Positions 42,755-53,233 of a stretch of DNA of 64,000 nucleotides are shown here, piece by piece; position 1 is the stretch's first letter, and every line of letters begins with the position of its first letter. This DNA is from an uncultured Thiomicrospira sp. (GTDB lineage: Bacteria > Pseudomonadota > Gammaproteobacteria > CAKMZV01): positions 1,408,001-1,472,000 of the forward strand of contig OZ239628.1 of assembly GCA_965195345.1 (NCBI GenBank), written 5' to 3'. The notes below the pieces were generated by a model, which saw only the letters and a program-made list of their open reading frames with translations, had not been told where the DNA came from and did no database searches. Both the position numbers and the translations under genes were made by a program.

Positions 42755-43906
42755 ATGTACTTAATACGCCTCTCTTTGATTGCAATCGTAACGATAACTT
42801 TTCAAGCTAAAGCTGATACAAAAAAAAACGATTATCTTTACTCGAGCAATTATTCTGCCGAAATTTCAGAAAAGGAAAAACAAGAAGTATTTAACAAGAC
42901 ACGCCAAAAGACGGCAGAGATTTTAGCTCAATATTATAGAAAAATTTATTCTCCTAGTGCAACGAACACGAATGCCGTTGCGTTTCAAAAAAATCCTTTC
43001 ATCAAAATTCTTGACAAAAAATATTTTAATATTAAAAAAATAAACAAAGAAAATACAAACGTTGTTGAAGAAATTATTGGAATGAATAACAGAGGGCTTA
43101 TACGTATAGGCAACAAAGCAAATCAAATGCTCAACGTCCAATGGAAAAAATTGCGTGTATTTGAAGTTTTAACTTTAAAACCTTATGCACAATTGCTCAC
43201 TGCATTAACCAATTATTCTGAATTTAACGATATGGCAATCCCCGCAAATTGGAAACAGACTGTGCTACGTGCGAATAGATATATTAAAGAACGTTTAGAA
43301 ATGAGCACACTTTCATTTGAAGGAGATTTAAATGATGCCATTATTGAAGTTAACGGCTTAATCATTACTAACAATCGTATCTTACTAACGCCTGGAAAAC
43401 ACTTTTTTGTAATAACAAAAAACGGTTATAGAAAAATTGGTGGAAAAATTTCTATTAGTGCTGGAGAAATAAGGTACTTGCCAATAAAACTCATAGAGAT
43501 AGCTAATGAAGACTGGCCAGTAAAGGTCACTATTAATAGTAAACTACGGGAGTTTGAAAAAACAATATTCACTCAATTACAACTTTTAGATTTTGAAACC
43601 TATCCTGAATCACCTTATGAAATAAATTTCATATTAACAAGCAAGAGAGTTCTGCAGGACAAAGCCAATAAAACGGCACTTCATCTCACCATTACTTTGA
43701 AACAAGAAAAAATAGTTTTGCATACCAGCGAAAACACCATGGAAGTAGCTGTTAGTATTGATGAACCAAATTGGTCATTGGATGCCATTATCGGGGAGTT
43801 CATCCAGATTGGACTTATCAACTTTGCCAGTGGGATCAATCGCAAACACACCATACCTGAAATAAAGTTGCCTCCACCATTAGAAGTACTGACGATTGTT
43901 AATTAA
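42755..43906 (+). CDS. Exported hypothetical protein with a PEGA-like domain
   Basis: Signal peptide from M25 (MYLIRLSLIAIVTITFQAKA). PEGA-like segment DAIIEVNG...LTPGKHFFVITKNGY. Confidence 0.65.
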   Translation: MYLIRLSLIAIVTITFQAKADTKKNDYLYSSNYSAEISEKEKQEVFNKTRQKTAEILAQYYRKIYSPSATNTNAVAFQKNPFIKILDKKYFNIKKINKENTNVVEEIIGMNNRGLIRIGNKANQMLNVQWKKLRVFEVLTLKPYAQLLTALTNYSEFNDMAIPANWKQTVLRANRYIKERLEMSTLSFEGDLNDAIIEVNGLIITNNRILLTPGKHFFVITKNGYRKIGGKISISAGEIRYLPIKLIEIANEDWPVKVTINSKLREFEKTIFTQLQLLDFETYPESPYEINFILTSKRVLQDKANKTALHLTITLKQEKIVLHTSENTMEVAVSIDEPNWSLDAIIGEFIQIGLINFASGINRKHTIPEIKLPPPLEVLTIVN

Positions 43907-44841
43907 TGTTTGATTATCTTATTAAGCGAATCATTTCCGCTATTATTGTCATCTGGGGAGTGCTCACTTTAGTCTTCTTCACTTTGCATCTAACACCAGG
44001 TGACCCAATTGAAGTCATGTTAGGAGAGCGTGCCCAAATTTCCGATAAACAAGCATTACGTGAACAACTTAATTTACATTTGCCGATTCATCAACAATAT
44101 AAAATATACTTGCTTAATTTAATGAAGGGCGATCTTGGCACTTCATTACATCAGAAAAAAAACATCAGTCAAATTATTTCACAACGCATAGGTAATACAG
44201 CAATACTCGCTTTTTCAAGCATTATTTTTGCCATTTTTTTGGCAATACCTCTTGGCATTTGGGCAGCTCAAAACAAAGGGAGGTGGCAAGACTCCCTAGC
44301 CCTTAATGTATCGTTAATGGGGATATCTATACCAAATTTTGTTCTTGGACCATTATTAATTTTGGTGTTTTCATTGTTCTTAAAGTGGTTGCCTACAGGC
44401 GGCAATTCACAAGCATCTTCACTTATTCTGCCTACTATCGCTTTAGGCACTGCTATGATGGCTGTACTATCAAGATTAATGCGTTCAAGCTTGCTGGAAG
44501 TATGGAATGAAACATACCTTTTAGCTGCACGTGCTCGAGGACTTAGTAGTAGACAAGTTATCTGGCGACATGCCCTTCCTAACGCATTGCTTCCTGTGAT
44601 TACTATTATTGGAATTCAGCTTGGAACTTTACTGGGAGGAGCCGTTATTACCGAAGTCGTTTTTTCTTGGCCCGGCATTGGCAGCGCCCTTGTGCAAGCC
44701 ATTGAAAATCGTGATTATCCGCTAATACAAAGCTGCATATTAGTAATTGCTATTGCCTACACCATCATTAATTTAATCACAGATATTATCTACAGCAAAT
44801 TGGATCCAAGAATACGCCTTGAAAGCAATTCTACCAGCTAA
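43906..44841 (+). CDS. Peptide/nickel ABC transporter permease (DppB/NikB family)
   Basis: Motifs PGDP, GDLGTS, ARARGL...HALPNA, GGAVITEVVFSWPGIG and RDYP. Confidence 0.92.
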   Translation: MFDYLIKRIISAIIVIWGVLTLVFFTLHLTPGDPIEVMLGERAQISDKQALREQLNLHLPIHQQYKIYLLNLMKGDLGTSLHQKKNISQIISQRIGNTAILAFSSIIFAIFLAIPLGIWAAQNKGRWQDSLALNVSLMGISIPNFVLGPLLILVFSLFLKWLPTGGNSQASSLILPTIALGTAMMAVLSRLMRSSLLEVWNETYLLAARARGLSSRQVIWRHALPNALLPVITIIGIQLGTLLGGAVITEVVFSWPGIGSALVQAIENRDYPLIQSCILVIAIAYTIINLITDIIYSKLDPRIRLESNSTS

Positions 44842-44865
44842 AAAGAGCAACGCAATAACCCAGTC

Positions 44866-45672
44866 ATGAAACACTTAACGCTACTCAACACCTCCTTTCT
44901 CATTGGAGGATCTATAGTAGTTTTATTACTGTTTTTGGGCAGTACAAATCCTAATTTCATACAACTTGAATACTTATTGGCTTCTCCAAGTTTTGAGGAA
45001 CCCTTCGGCTATGATGAATTAGGTCGATCTGTTTTATCAAGAGTTATCAATGGTTCTTATGTTGCTTTTGAAATCGCAATTACCGTGATGATCTTTTCTC
45101 TGGTAATTGGATCGACAATAGGTTTGATAAGTGGTTATTTTGGAGGTTGGCTTGATCATGTACTAATGCGCATTGTTGATATCTTCTTAGCTTTTCCAGG
45201 GCTATTACTTGCTATCGCTTTAGCAGGGATACTAGGACCAGGTGTTAACAACCTAATCATTGCTTTAGTGGCAGTCAGTTGGGTTGGATATGCACGGCTA
45301 TTGAGAGCACAAACTCTAAGCCTTAAAAGTAGAGAGCATGTCTATGCGGCTAAAACACTGGGAGTACCTACAGTCACTATATGGTGGCGGCACATTTTAC
45401 CGCTTGCCGGATCATCTTTGATTATCGAGGCGACATTTGGATTTGCTGGTGCTATTTTGTCAGAGGCAGGACTCTCATTCTTAGGATTAGGAGTACAACC
45501 TCCCAATCCCTCTTGGGGTCAAATGATCCGTGAAGGTGCTCGCTACATGTTGGTTGCACCTCATTTAGTCATTTTTCCAAGCCTTGCTCTTTGGGTTAGT
45601 GTTTGGGGAATAAACACGATTGGTGACAAATTACGTAATCGATTGCAGATACACACCAAAAAAATGATATGA
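44866..45672 (+). CDS. Peptide/nickel ABC transporter permease (DppC family)
   Basis: Motifs GYDELGRS, AFPGLLLA and EAGLSFLGLGVQPPNPSWG. Confidence 0.92.
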   Translation: MKHLTLLNTSFLIGGSIVVLLLFLGSTNPNFIQLEYLLASPSFEEPFGYDELGRSVLSRVINGSYVAFEIAITVMIFSLVIGSTIGLISGYFGGWLDHVLMRIVDIFLAFPGLLLAIALAGILGPGVNNLIIALVAVSWVGYARLLRAQTLSLKSREHVYAAKTLGVPTVTIWWRHILPLAGSSLIIEATFGFAGAILSEAGLSFLGLGVQPPNPSWGQMIREGARYMLVAPHLVIFPSLALWVSVWGINTIGDKLRNRLQIHTKKMI

Positions 45673-46706
45673 CAACCGGCATAGCAATCCCAGAAAATTC
45701 AATTATAACGGGCATCGAAAGCCTTAGCCTCAGTGCAAACGATATCAAGCGCTTGAGTCATCCAGCTATAGGAGGAGTGCTTTTATTCGCACGCAACTTC
45801 AAATCCCCTGAACAACTTTTAAAACTGACCAATTCAATACACCAGATAAAATCTCTTCAAATAGCGGTTGATCAGGAAGGTGGGCGCGTCCAACGCTTTA
45901 GGGAATCTTTCACCAAACTACCTGCAATGCGTGCTTTAGGAGCGCTTTGGGATAAGGATCAAACCAAATCATTAGAAATGGCGCGTGCTTGTGGTCAAGT
46001 TATGAGCTTTGAGCTAAAACAATGTGGGATAGATATAACTTTTGCTCCTGTGATTGACATTGATTACCAACGCAACCCCATGATTGGTGACAGATGCTTT
46101 CACACCCAACCCGAACCTATCGCAGAATTAGCATGCTCTTTGATACAAGGTTTGCACAACAACGGTATGCGTGGCGTAGCAAAACACTTTCCCGGACACG
46201 GCTATGTTATTGCCGACTCACACTTACAGTTACCCATTGATGAACGTCCGTTTGACGACTTTGAACGAAATGATCTGTATCCTTTCAGACAAGTCTTTTC
46301 ACAAGGCTTGTCTGATGTCATGATGGCGCACTTACTTATTCCAAAATACGACAATAATCCGACTGGATTTTCTAAAAAACTGATTCAGTATTTACGCCAA
46401 GATTTACACTTTAGTGGTTGTATTTACAGTGATGATCTGGGGATGAAAGCAGTTGCAAACTTAGCGCTTGATATTCGAATAAAACGTTGTATTGATGCAG
46501 GTTGTGATGTTGTGATTTTTGGAAACCAGTTACAAGAAATGGACATTTTACTTGAAAGAAACCATATCACCTGCGACGGCACAAAAGCAAACACACCGCC
46601 ACTGCCTCTCTCCTCCACTGAAACGCTTCCTTCATCTTCTGTGCGCTCAGATCTGCAAAAACTTGCTGAAAACTGGAACATTTCGGGTGAAGTTTGGCTC
46701 GACTGA
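45669..46706 (+). CDS. nagZ: Beta-N-acetylhexosaminidase NagZ (GH3)
   Basis: Motifs GGVLLFARN, VDQEGGRVQR, KHFPGHG..IADSH and SDDLGM. Confidence 0.95.
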   Translation: MTTGIAIPENSIITGIESLSLSANDIKRLSHPAIGGVLLFARNFKSPEQLLKLTNSIHQIKSLQIAVDQEGGRVQRFRESFTKLPAMRALGALWDKDQTKSLEMARACGQVMSFELKQCGIDITFAPVIDIDYQRNPMIGDRCFHTQPEPIAELACSLIQGLHNNGMRGVAKHFPGHGYVIADSHLQLPIDERPFDDFERNDLYPFRQVFSQGLSDVMMAHLLIPKYDNNPTGFSKKLIQYLRQDLHFSGCIYSDDLGMKAVANLALDIRIKRCIDAGCDVVIFGNQLQEMDILLERNHITCDGTKANTPPLPLSSTETLPSSSVRSDLQKLAENWNISGEVWLD

Positions 46707-46721
46707 CTTATTATTGAAGCC

Positions 46722-47507
46722 TCAATTACTTGCGCAGCGAAAACCTATGGAGCCGTATATCGCTCGCCCACTAACTGGTGGTTTCACATTACGATACGAA
46801 CTACGCAAGTTGTTTTTATTTTCATCCCAAGAACCACCACGCACTACTTTTTGTTTTGACTCATTTGGTTGCTCGATCTGTCCTTTTGCATAGAATACAC
46901 TAATAGCTCTAGGTGCGTACCAGTTCATTGTCCATTCGCCTGCATTGCCGTGCATATCCTTTAATCCGAATCCATTAGGAGCTCTTGAACCAATCTCCCA
47001 AGTACGATCTTCCCCACAGCCATCTGGTTCTTTTGGAACGGAACCTAATGTTTTCCCATCATCCAAAATCGCGTTTTTACAACTGACATCTTGCCCCCAA
47101 GGGTAAGCCGTTTTACTGCCTGCTCGAGCTGCCTTCTCCCATTCAGCCTCATAAGGCAATCGCTTTTTTTGCCATTGGCAGTAATCCAACGCTTCCTGCC
47201 AATCAACACAATTAACAGGATGATTTCCTCGACCTGCTGCTCCCAAATTACAATATTTGTTGCGATTATGATCTTTAGGGCGTGCACACTTCCCTGCATC
47301 AATACAACGCTGATATTCTGCCACTGTTACTTCATTAATATCAATCTTAAAAGTAGAGACATTCACATCTGCCGGAGCTTCATCACGCCCACAATGCTTA
47401 TCACCCACTGAACAACCCATTTTGAATGAACCAGCAGGCACTACAACCATATCGGCAAAAGCACTCTGTGCTAGTAGATATGTTAATAAATATAAAACCT
47501 TTTTCAT
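46722..47507 (-). CDS. Formylglycine-generating enzyme (SUMF1/FGE-sulfatase) family exported protein
   Basis: Signal peptide, motifs HPVNCVDW, RLPYEAEWEKAAR, DMHGNAGEW, VVRGGSW and GFRC. Confidence 0.9.
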   Translation of the reverse strand: MKKVLYLLTYLLAQSAFADMVVVPAGSFKMGCSVGDKHCGRDEAPADVNVSTFKIDINEVTVAEYQRCIDAGKCARPKDHNRNKYCNLGAAGRGNHPVNCVDWQEALDYCQWQKKRLPYEAEWEKAARAGSKTAYPWGQDVSCKNAILDDGKTLGSVPKEPDGCGEDRTWEIGSRAPNGFGLKDMHGNAGEWTMNWYAPRAISVFYAKGQIEQPNESKQKVVRGGSWDENKNNLRSSYRNVKPPVSGRAIYGSIGFRCASN

Positions 47508-47562
47508 ACGTTACTCCTTTGCGTTTTTAATAAATTTATTTTTACTAGAATACCAACCAATG

Positions 47563-49596
47563 CTATTCACTGATCACCAACTCATCCAATCCTAATGCAC
47601 GTAATTCCTGAATTTGATTGCGTAATTGCGCTGCTTGTTCAAACTCTAGATCACGAGCAAAACGATACATTTGTTTCTCCAATTTACGCATGAACTTTAT
47701 CCGTTCTACTGGTGACAACCGATGATAATCAGCGCCCGTATCAGCCACTTTTCTTTCTGTCTCATTATGCGCCCCTTCCATTTCATCTCTAATATCACGC
47801 ACAACCGTTTTAGGCGTAATATTGTGCCGCAAATTATATCGATGCTGTTTGCGCCGCCTACGTTCAGTCTCATCCATAGCACGACGCATTGAATTGGTTA
47901 TTTTATCAGCATACAAAATAGCCTTACCATTGAGATTTCTTGCCACGCGACCAATAGTTTGAATTAAAGAACGTTCAGAACGCAAGAAGCCTTCTTTATC
48001 GGCATCTAAAATTGCCACAACAGAAACTTCTGGCATATCTAAACCTTCTCGCAGTAAATTAATCCCTACCAAAACATCGAAACGCCCCATGCGTAAATCA
48101 CGGATGATCTCTACCCGTTCCACCGTATCTATGTCTGAATGCAGATACCGAACAGCCACACCATTAGCGGAATAATAATCGGTTAAATCTTCAGCCATTC
48201 TTTTGGTTAAAGTAATAATTAACACGCGCTCTCCTCGGCTTACAACATCTTTAATTTCCCCATACAAATCATCAACCTGTGATAGTGCAGGGCGCACTTC
48301 AATTTTAGGGTCTATTAAGCCAGTCGGGCGTATTAATTGCTCAACCGTTTCAATGGAATGAAGGTGTTCATAGTCACCCGGAGTTGCTGAAACGAAAATA
48401 GATTGAGGTCTGCGCTCTTCAAACTCCTCAAATCTCAATGGACGGTTATCGATTGCTGACGGTAGCCTGAAACCATATTCAATTAAGTTTGATTTACGGG
48501 CATGATCGCCCTTATACATCCCTCCCAATTGCGGTAAAGTAAGATGACTTTCATCAACAATCAGCAAAGCATCTTCGGGCAAATAATCAAATAATGTAGG
48601 CGGCGCTTCCCCATGAGAGCGTCCTGACAAATATCTTGAATAATTCTCAATACCTGAGCAATACCCCAGTTCGCGAACCATTTCCATGTCGAGGCGTGTA
48701 CGTTCTTCAAGGCGTTGTGCTTCAACCAAACGATCATTATCTCGCAATATTTGTAATCTATCACGCAGTTCATCTTTCACACTCTGAAGCATTTGAACCA
48801 AGCGATCATGCGGTGTTACATAGTGTGTTTTTGGATAAATCATTGCCTCATTGATGCGACTTTCCACACGTCCGTTTAGAGGATCAAACCATGAGATCCC
48901 TTCAACATCATCGTCAAACATTTCAATACGTACTGCCCAAAACTCAGATTCAGCTGGAAAAATTTCAACATTCTCCCCTCGTACTCTATAATTCCCTCGA
49001 AAAAGCTCTACCTCATTGCGTGAATATTGCATATCAGCAAGACGTTTCAATATTTCACGCTGATTTACTTTCTCTCCAACTTCAATCTTCAACATCATCT
49101 TTAAATACTGAGTTGGATCGCCTAATCCATATATAGCAGAAACCGTTGCGACGATAATCACATCACGCCTTTCAAGCAATGCTTTAGTTGCCGCAAGGCG
49201 CATTTGTTCTATATGTTCATTAACACTGGCATCCTTTTCAATGTACAAATCCGAAGACGGGACATACGCTTCAGGTTGATAATAATCATAGTACGAAACA
49301 AAATACTCAACGGCATTATTGGGGAAAAATGACTTAAACTCGCCGTATAGTTGAGCAGCAAGTGTCTTATTAGGTGCCAGAACCAGCACAGGGCGACCAG
49401 TATTTTTAATAACATTAGCGATGGTAAACGTCTTGCCCGAGCCCGTCACTCCGAGCAAAGTTTGACAAGCATGACCTTTTTGTACTCCTTCAGTCAAGGA
49501 CTTTATAGCAGCAGGTTGATCTCCAGTCGGGCTAAATACACTTTTAAGCGAAAAGTCTCCAGCACTAATGCGATGATCAATAGTTGTTTTCTGCAT
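47563..49596 (-). CDS. uvrB: Excinuclease ABC subunit B
   Basis: Motifs [28 protein letters not shown] and [10 protein letters not shown], with a C-terminal UVR domain. Confidence 0.98.
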   Translation of the reverse strand: MQKTTIDHRISAGDFSLKSVFSPTGDQPAAIKSLTEGVQKGHACQTLLGVTGSGKTFTIANVIKNTGRPVLVLAPNKTLAAQLYGEFKSFFPNNAVEYFVSYYDYYQPEAYVPSSDLYIEKDASVNEHIEQMRLAATKALLERRDVIIVATVSAIYGLGDPTQYLKMMLKIEVGEKVNQREILKRLADMQYSRNEVELFRGNYRVRGENVEIFPAESEFWAVRIEMFDDDVEGISWFDPLNGRVESRINEAMIYPKTHYVTPHDRLVQMLQSVKDELRDRLQILRDNDRLVEAQRLEERTRLDMEMVRELGYCSGIENYSRYLSGRSHGEAPPTLFDYLPEDALLIVDESHLTLPQLGGMYKGDHARKSNLIEYGFRLPSAIDNRPLRFEEFEERRPQSIFVSATPGDYEHLHSIETVEQLIRPTGLIDPKIEVRPALSQVDDLYGEIKDVVSRGERVLIITLTKRMAEDLTDYYSANGVAVRYLHSDIDTVERVEIIRDLRMGRFDVLVGINLLREGLDMPEVSVVAILDADKEGFLRSERSLIQTIGRVARNLNGKAILYADKITNSMRRAMDETERRRRKQHRYNLRHNITPKTVVRDIRDEMEGAHNETERKVADTGADYHRLSPVERIKFMRKLEKQMYRFARDLEFEQAAQLRNQIQELRALGLDELVISE

Positions 49597-49610
49597 ATTT
49601 ACCTATAAAA

Positions 49611-50549
49611 TTAGTCGCAATAGTGCGCCATGAAATCGTCAATACTATCTATTAATTGATCAACCAATCTTTGAATTGAATCATCACTCCCCCAAGCAAT
49701 ATGAGGCGTCACGATTAAGTTAGGCAACTGCACATCAAGAATTGGGTTACCTTCAGTTGGTGGTTCTTTAGTCAATACGTCCACTCCTGCACCACCAATG
49801 ATGTTTTGTTGTAGTGCTTTGACTAAATCACTTTCGTGCACCACTCCACCTCGTGCAGTATTTATTAAGATAGCCGATCTTTTCATCATCTTGAATTCAT
49901 TCATCCCAATCAAATGATGCGTCTGTGCGTTTAACGGACAATGCAATGAAACAAAATCGCTGCACTTCAATACTTCCTTAAATGGCATCCTACCCTTTGC
50001 TATTGTAGTGGCCTCTTTACGAGCAGCAATAACCACATTCATTCCTAAGGGTTTTGCATACTCTGAGAGTGTTTTCCCCAAAACTCCGTAACCAACAATA
50101 CCCAACGTGGAACCTGATAAATTCACAATTGGATGATCTAACAAACAAAACTGTGCGGACTTTTGCCACTTACCCTTAAGCACATCCCGATGATACGCGG
50201 GTAATTGTCGAGCCAGCATCAACATTAGCATCAAAGCATGTTCTGGTACACTGGCACCTGTGTAATCATTCACATTACGAACTTCAACTCCATGACCTTT
50301 GCAATAATCCAAGTCAATCAGATCAGTACCAGTTGCTGCTACCCCTATCATTTTTAGTTTAGGGAGTTGCCGCATAACCTCAGCATTCATTGGTACTTTA
50401 TTAGAAATTGCAACATCGGCAAATTTCAATCTCTCTACTATTTGATCGCTTGACGTATTAGGATATTCTTGCCATTGATGCTTGTGCGTAGGTTTTTTTA
50501 AAGATATTCGCGAAGGTATAGAATCTCGATCGAGAAAAACAATATTCAT
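49611..50549 (-). CDS. D-2-hydroxyacid dehydrogenase (glycerate dehydrogenase/HprA-like)
   Basis: Motifs GIVGYGVLG, SLHCPL, INTARGG, DVLTKEPP and TPHIAW. Confidence 0.92.
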   Translation of the reverse strand: MNIVFLDRDSIPSRISLKKPTHKHQWQEYPNTSSDQIVERLKFADVAISNKVPMNAEVMRQLPKLKMIGVAATGTDLIDLDYCKGHGVEVRNVNDYTGASVPEHALMLMLMLARQLPAYHRDVLKGKWQKSAQFCLLDHPIVNLSGSTLGIVGYGVLGKTLSEYAKPLGMNVVIAARKEATTIAKGRMPFKEVLKCSDFVSLHCPLNAQTHHLIGMNEFKMMKRSAILINTARGGVVHESDLVKALQQNIIGGAGVDVLTKEPPTEGNPILDVQLPNLIVTPHIAWGSDDSIQRLVDQLIDSIDDFMAHYCD

Positions 50550-50959
50550 ATAAGAAATTCAGGTCGAAAAATATTTTTACTATATCGCTATATTATCCCC
50601 CGTACAGCTGTGTACTACAGGCATTTTTTCTTACAAAAAAACATTACAACAAAAAATGAGCAACAGTGAGCAACAGCATATACGCTTGGATGCGCTAAAC
50701 AATAGTCTCAATTTATGCGAAAAAACTATGCAGCGAAAATACTAAGCACTTGTCATTGCAACAAAGCCTCTGCGTGCGGAAAAATTTTCACCACCAATCA
50801 ATTTTTAACACACTAACTCCGATAGTACTAATTAAATAGTTACGTTAAACTTGCAATATAGACTCGCCTTATGATATAGTGTCAAAAGTTATGGATATTT
50901 GGAATTTAAATGCTTTTTTCAATCCACTAATATAAATTATAATAATTCGGAGGGATCAC

Positions 50960-52252
50960 ATGAACAAAATCACTTTATTAATTGCTCTTTCAACACTTAC
51001 ATTAGCCATCTCGGGTTGCGGTAGTAGTAGCGACGACGGAAACAATAACAATGGTACTGGTGGCACTACTAGCATAACTGCTTTAGGTGTTCCGAGAACA
51101 ATACAACCTATCCAAGCAACTAATACAAGTGCTTCAGCAAGTGCAAGCGCCGCTCAATCATTTGCGAGATCTTTAGATTTTAATACTCGAATAGGTCCAA
51201 CCAATTCCGACTATAACAGCTTCGTTGGTGAGCGATATGTTGTATTTTCTTCTCTTGATGAGATAAACAACATTGAGGCCATTCTTTGTGGATTTGCTGG
51301 TATGACCGGTGTGGTAGCGAACGGCATATACGATTTTGAAGTGAATTTTGCACTTTGTGCTAGAGACATATCTGCTGGGACTACTGCTACTTTAACAGGC
51401 GTGACTCAAGCTGTTCGCGCGGACAACGACAGTACGCAAACATACACAATTTATGGAACTGCGACTAATATAGATGCGAGTAGTACTGCAATGGAAAATT
51501 TTTCGGCAGAAATGCAAGTTACCGCTCTTCCTACAACCGCAAATCGATTTGGAGAGCTAGAACTGCGTTATTCTAGTGATATGGGGTTAAATGCTTTTCT
51601 ATCGATCGCTCCTACACGCATTATCGACAGGGAAATAAGTACTGAAGGTAATGGAACGACACTTACTGTGTTGATTGAACTTACATCCTCTGAAACTGGG
51701 ACAATCGCTATACGTGATATTGATGGAGGTGGAAATGGAGATGGAGGACCACAAGATCTTTTAGTACTTGCTTCTTTCAATTCCACATTAGTACATTTTA
51801 TTTCTAGAGACATGCTTAATCCTATGAGCAACTCAACCTCCTGTTTGGACATAACATCATCAACAATTGATGTGTTCGATTACGCTTTATTTAATGGAAC
51901 TACTGGCGCCAGAGTAAGCCCTGCTGACAACACGACGTTTGTTTTTGGATCAACCACTGCAACATGGCATGTTTTTGGTGAGTTTACACATTTAAGCTTA
52001 GAAAGTCCTACAGATAGTAGTGGTACTAGAATTAATATTCCAGATGGAGCAACGAGTGGAGATACTGCAGTACGTCCTGCATTCACTTTAGAGTCACCTC
52101 GTATGGTGGCTGTATCGAATTGCAGTGCTTTAACTCTGCCCGATCCTGCTACTTTGGATGCTATTACACAAACACCCGGAGCAACAATACAACCTGGTGA
52201 TACACGACCTGCAACCGATCAAAATCGAGTGGTTGACGGACAACAGCTATAA
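50960..52252 (+). CDS. Hypothetical Ser/Thr/Gly-rich lipoprotein
   Basis: 430-aa ORF with GGAGGG RBS, lipobox ISG-C20 and a low-complexity linker. Candidate promoter TTGCAA-18-TATAGT at 50851-50880, and a downstream hairpin. Confidence 0.85.
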   Translation: MNKITLLIALSTLTLAISGCGSSSDDGNNNNGTGGTTSITALGVPRTIQPIQATNTSASASASAAQSFARSLDFNTRIGPTNSDYNSFVGERYVVFSSLDEINNIEAILCGFAGMTGVVANGIYDFEVNFALCARDISAGTTATLTGVTQAVRADNDSTQTYTIYGTATNIDASSTAMENFSAEMQVTALPTTANRFGELELRYSSDMGLNAFLSIAPTRIIDREISTEGNGTTLTVLIELTSSETGTIAIRDIDGGGNGDGGPQDLLVLASFNSTLVHFISRDMLNPMSNSTSCLDITSSTIDVFDYALFNGTTGARVSPADNTTFVFGSTTATWHVFGEFTHLSLESPTDSSGTRINIPDGATSGDTAVRPAFTLESPRMVAVSNCSALTLPDPATLDAITQTPGATIQPGDTRPATDQNRVVDGQQL

Positions 52253-52263
52253 GAATTTCAAAA

Positions 52264-52308
52264 ATGGAGGGTGCGGAAGGAAAAATCCGCGCCTTTCATG
52301 CCTTTTTC
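52264..52308 (+). terminator. Probable terminator after the lipoprotein gene
   Basis: ATGGAGGGTGCGGA-aggaaaaa-TCCGCGCCTTTCAT, followed by GCCTTTTT. Confidence 0.6.
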
Positions 52309-52426
52309 TAATTGATTGAACACACCTCTCTGTGCTTTTAAGGGGTAGAACCCTTTGACTACGAAAATCCCACACACCCTTATGGATTCTAATAGATGAA
52401 TCTTAAATAATGTATAATGCGCAGGC

Positions 52427-53230
52427 ATGAGTATCCACCCCTACGAATTCACACCACTTAGAGCTCTTTGGGATACCTATAAAAACTACATTTGGCTACT
52501 CCATAGTAATGAATCCACAGAGAATAAATCCAGAGCTTGTGTAATTGTTGATCCGGGTGAATCCGATCTTTGCCTTGAAACGCTTGATGCGCTCAATCTA
52601 ACCCCAGTTACCATCTTAATAACTCATCAACACGCTGATCACATAAATGGTGTTGCCTCGATACTAAATACATTTGGTGCGCTCAATGTATATGGATCTT
52701 CTAACAATCCGTTTCCACTTATTACTCATCGAGTAAAAGAAGGAGACATTGTTGATCTTCCAGAAATTGCCGACCAGTACTACATAATGGAAACGCCTGG
52801 GCACACGCAAGATCAGATATCCTTCTACAATGATACATACCTAATCTCTGGAGACGCTCTTTTCGTTGCAGGGTGTGGGAGATTATCAGACGGAACTATG
52901 GAACAACTGTACGCTTCAGTCAATAAAATAAAAGCCTTACCTGAAAAAACAATCGTTTATTGTGCCCATGAATATACCGTTGAAAATCTACAGTTTGCTC
53001 TAAAAGTGGAACCAGAGAATCAACACATTAAAAAACAACTAGACAAAGCAATTAATAACGACAATGCTCAACTTCCGAATGTTCCCTCTACTATTGAGAT
53101 GGAAAAAAAGATTAATCCATTCATGCGCAGCCATATTGCAAAAGTAAAAACAAAATGCGAAGAATACGCACAAAAAGAACTCACCTCAGAGTTTGAAGTT
53201 TTCAGCGTACTTCGTGAATGGAGAGGTTGA
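52427..53230 (+). CDS. gloB: Hydroxyacylglutathione hydrolase (glyoxalase II)
   Basis: Motifs THQHADHING, TPGHT, GDALFVAGCGR and CAHEYT. gloB-mltD synteny. Confidence 0.94.
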   Translation: MSIHPYEFTPLRALWDTYKNYIWLLHSNESTENKSRACVIVDPGESDLCLETLDALNLTPVTILITHQHADHINGVASILNTFGALNVYGSSNNPFPLITHRVKEGDIVDLPEIADQYYIMETPGHTQDQISFYNDTYLISGDALFVAGCGRLSDGTMEQLYASVNKIKALPEKTIVYCAHEYTVENLQFALKVEPENQHIKKQLDKAINNDNAQLPNVPSTIEMEKKINPFMRSHIAKVKTKCEEYAQKELTSEFEVFSVLREWRG

Positions 53231-53233
53231 AAA

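Noticed and set aside
50656-50745. 29-codon ORF and a (TGAGCAACAG)x2 repeat upstream of the lipoprotein gene
   Set aside because: No RBS, only two repeat units and no attenuator-like features. Likely chance.
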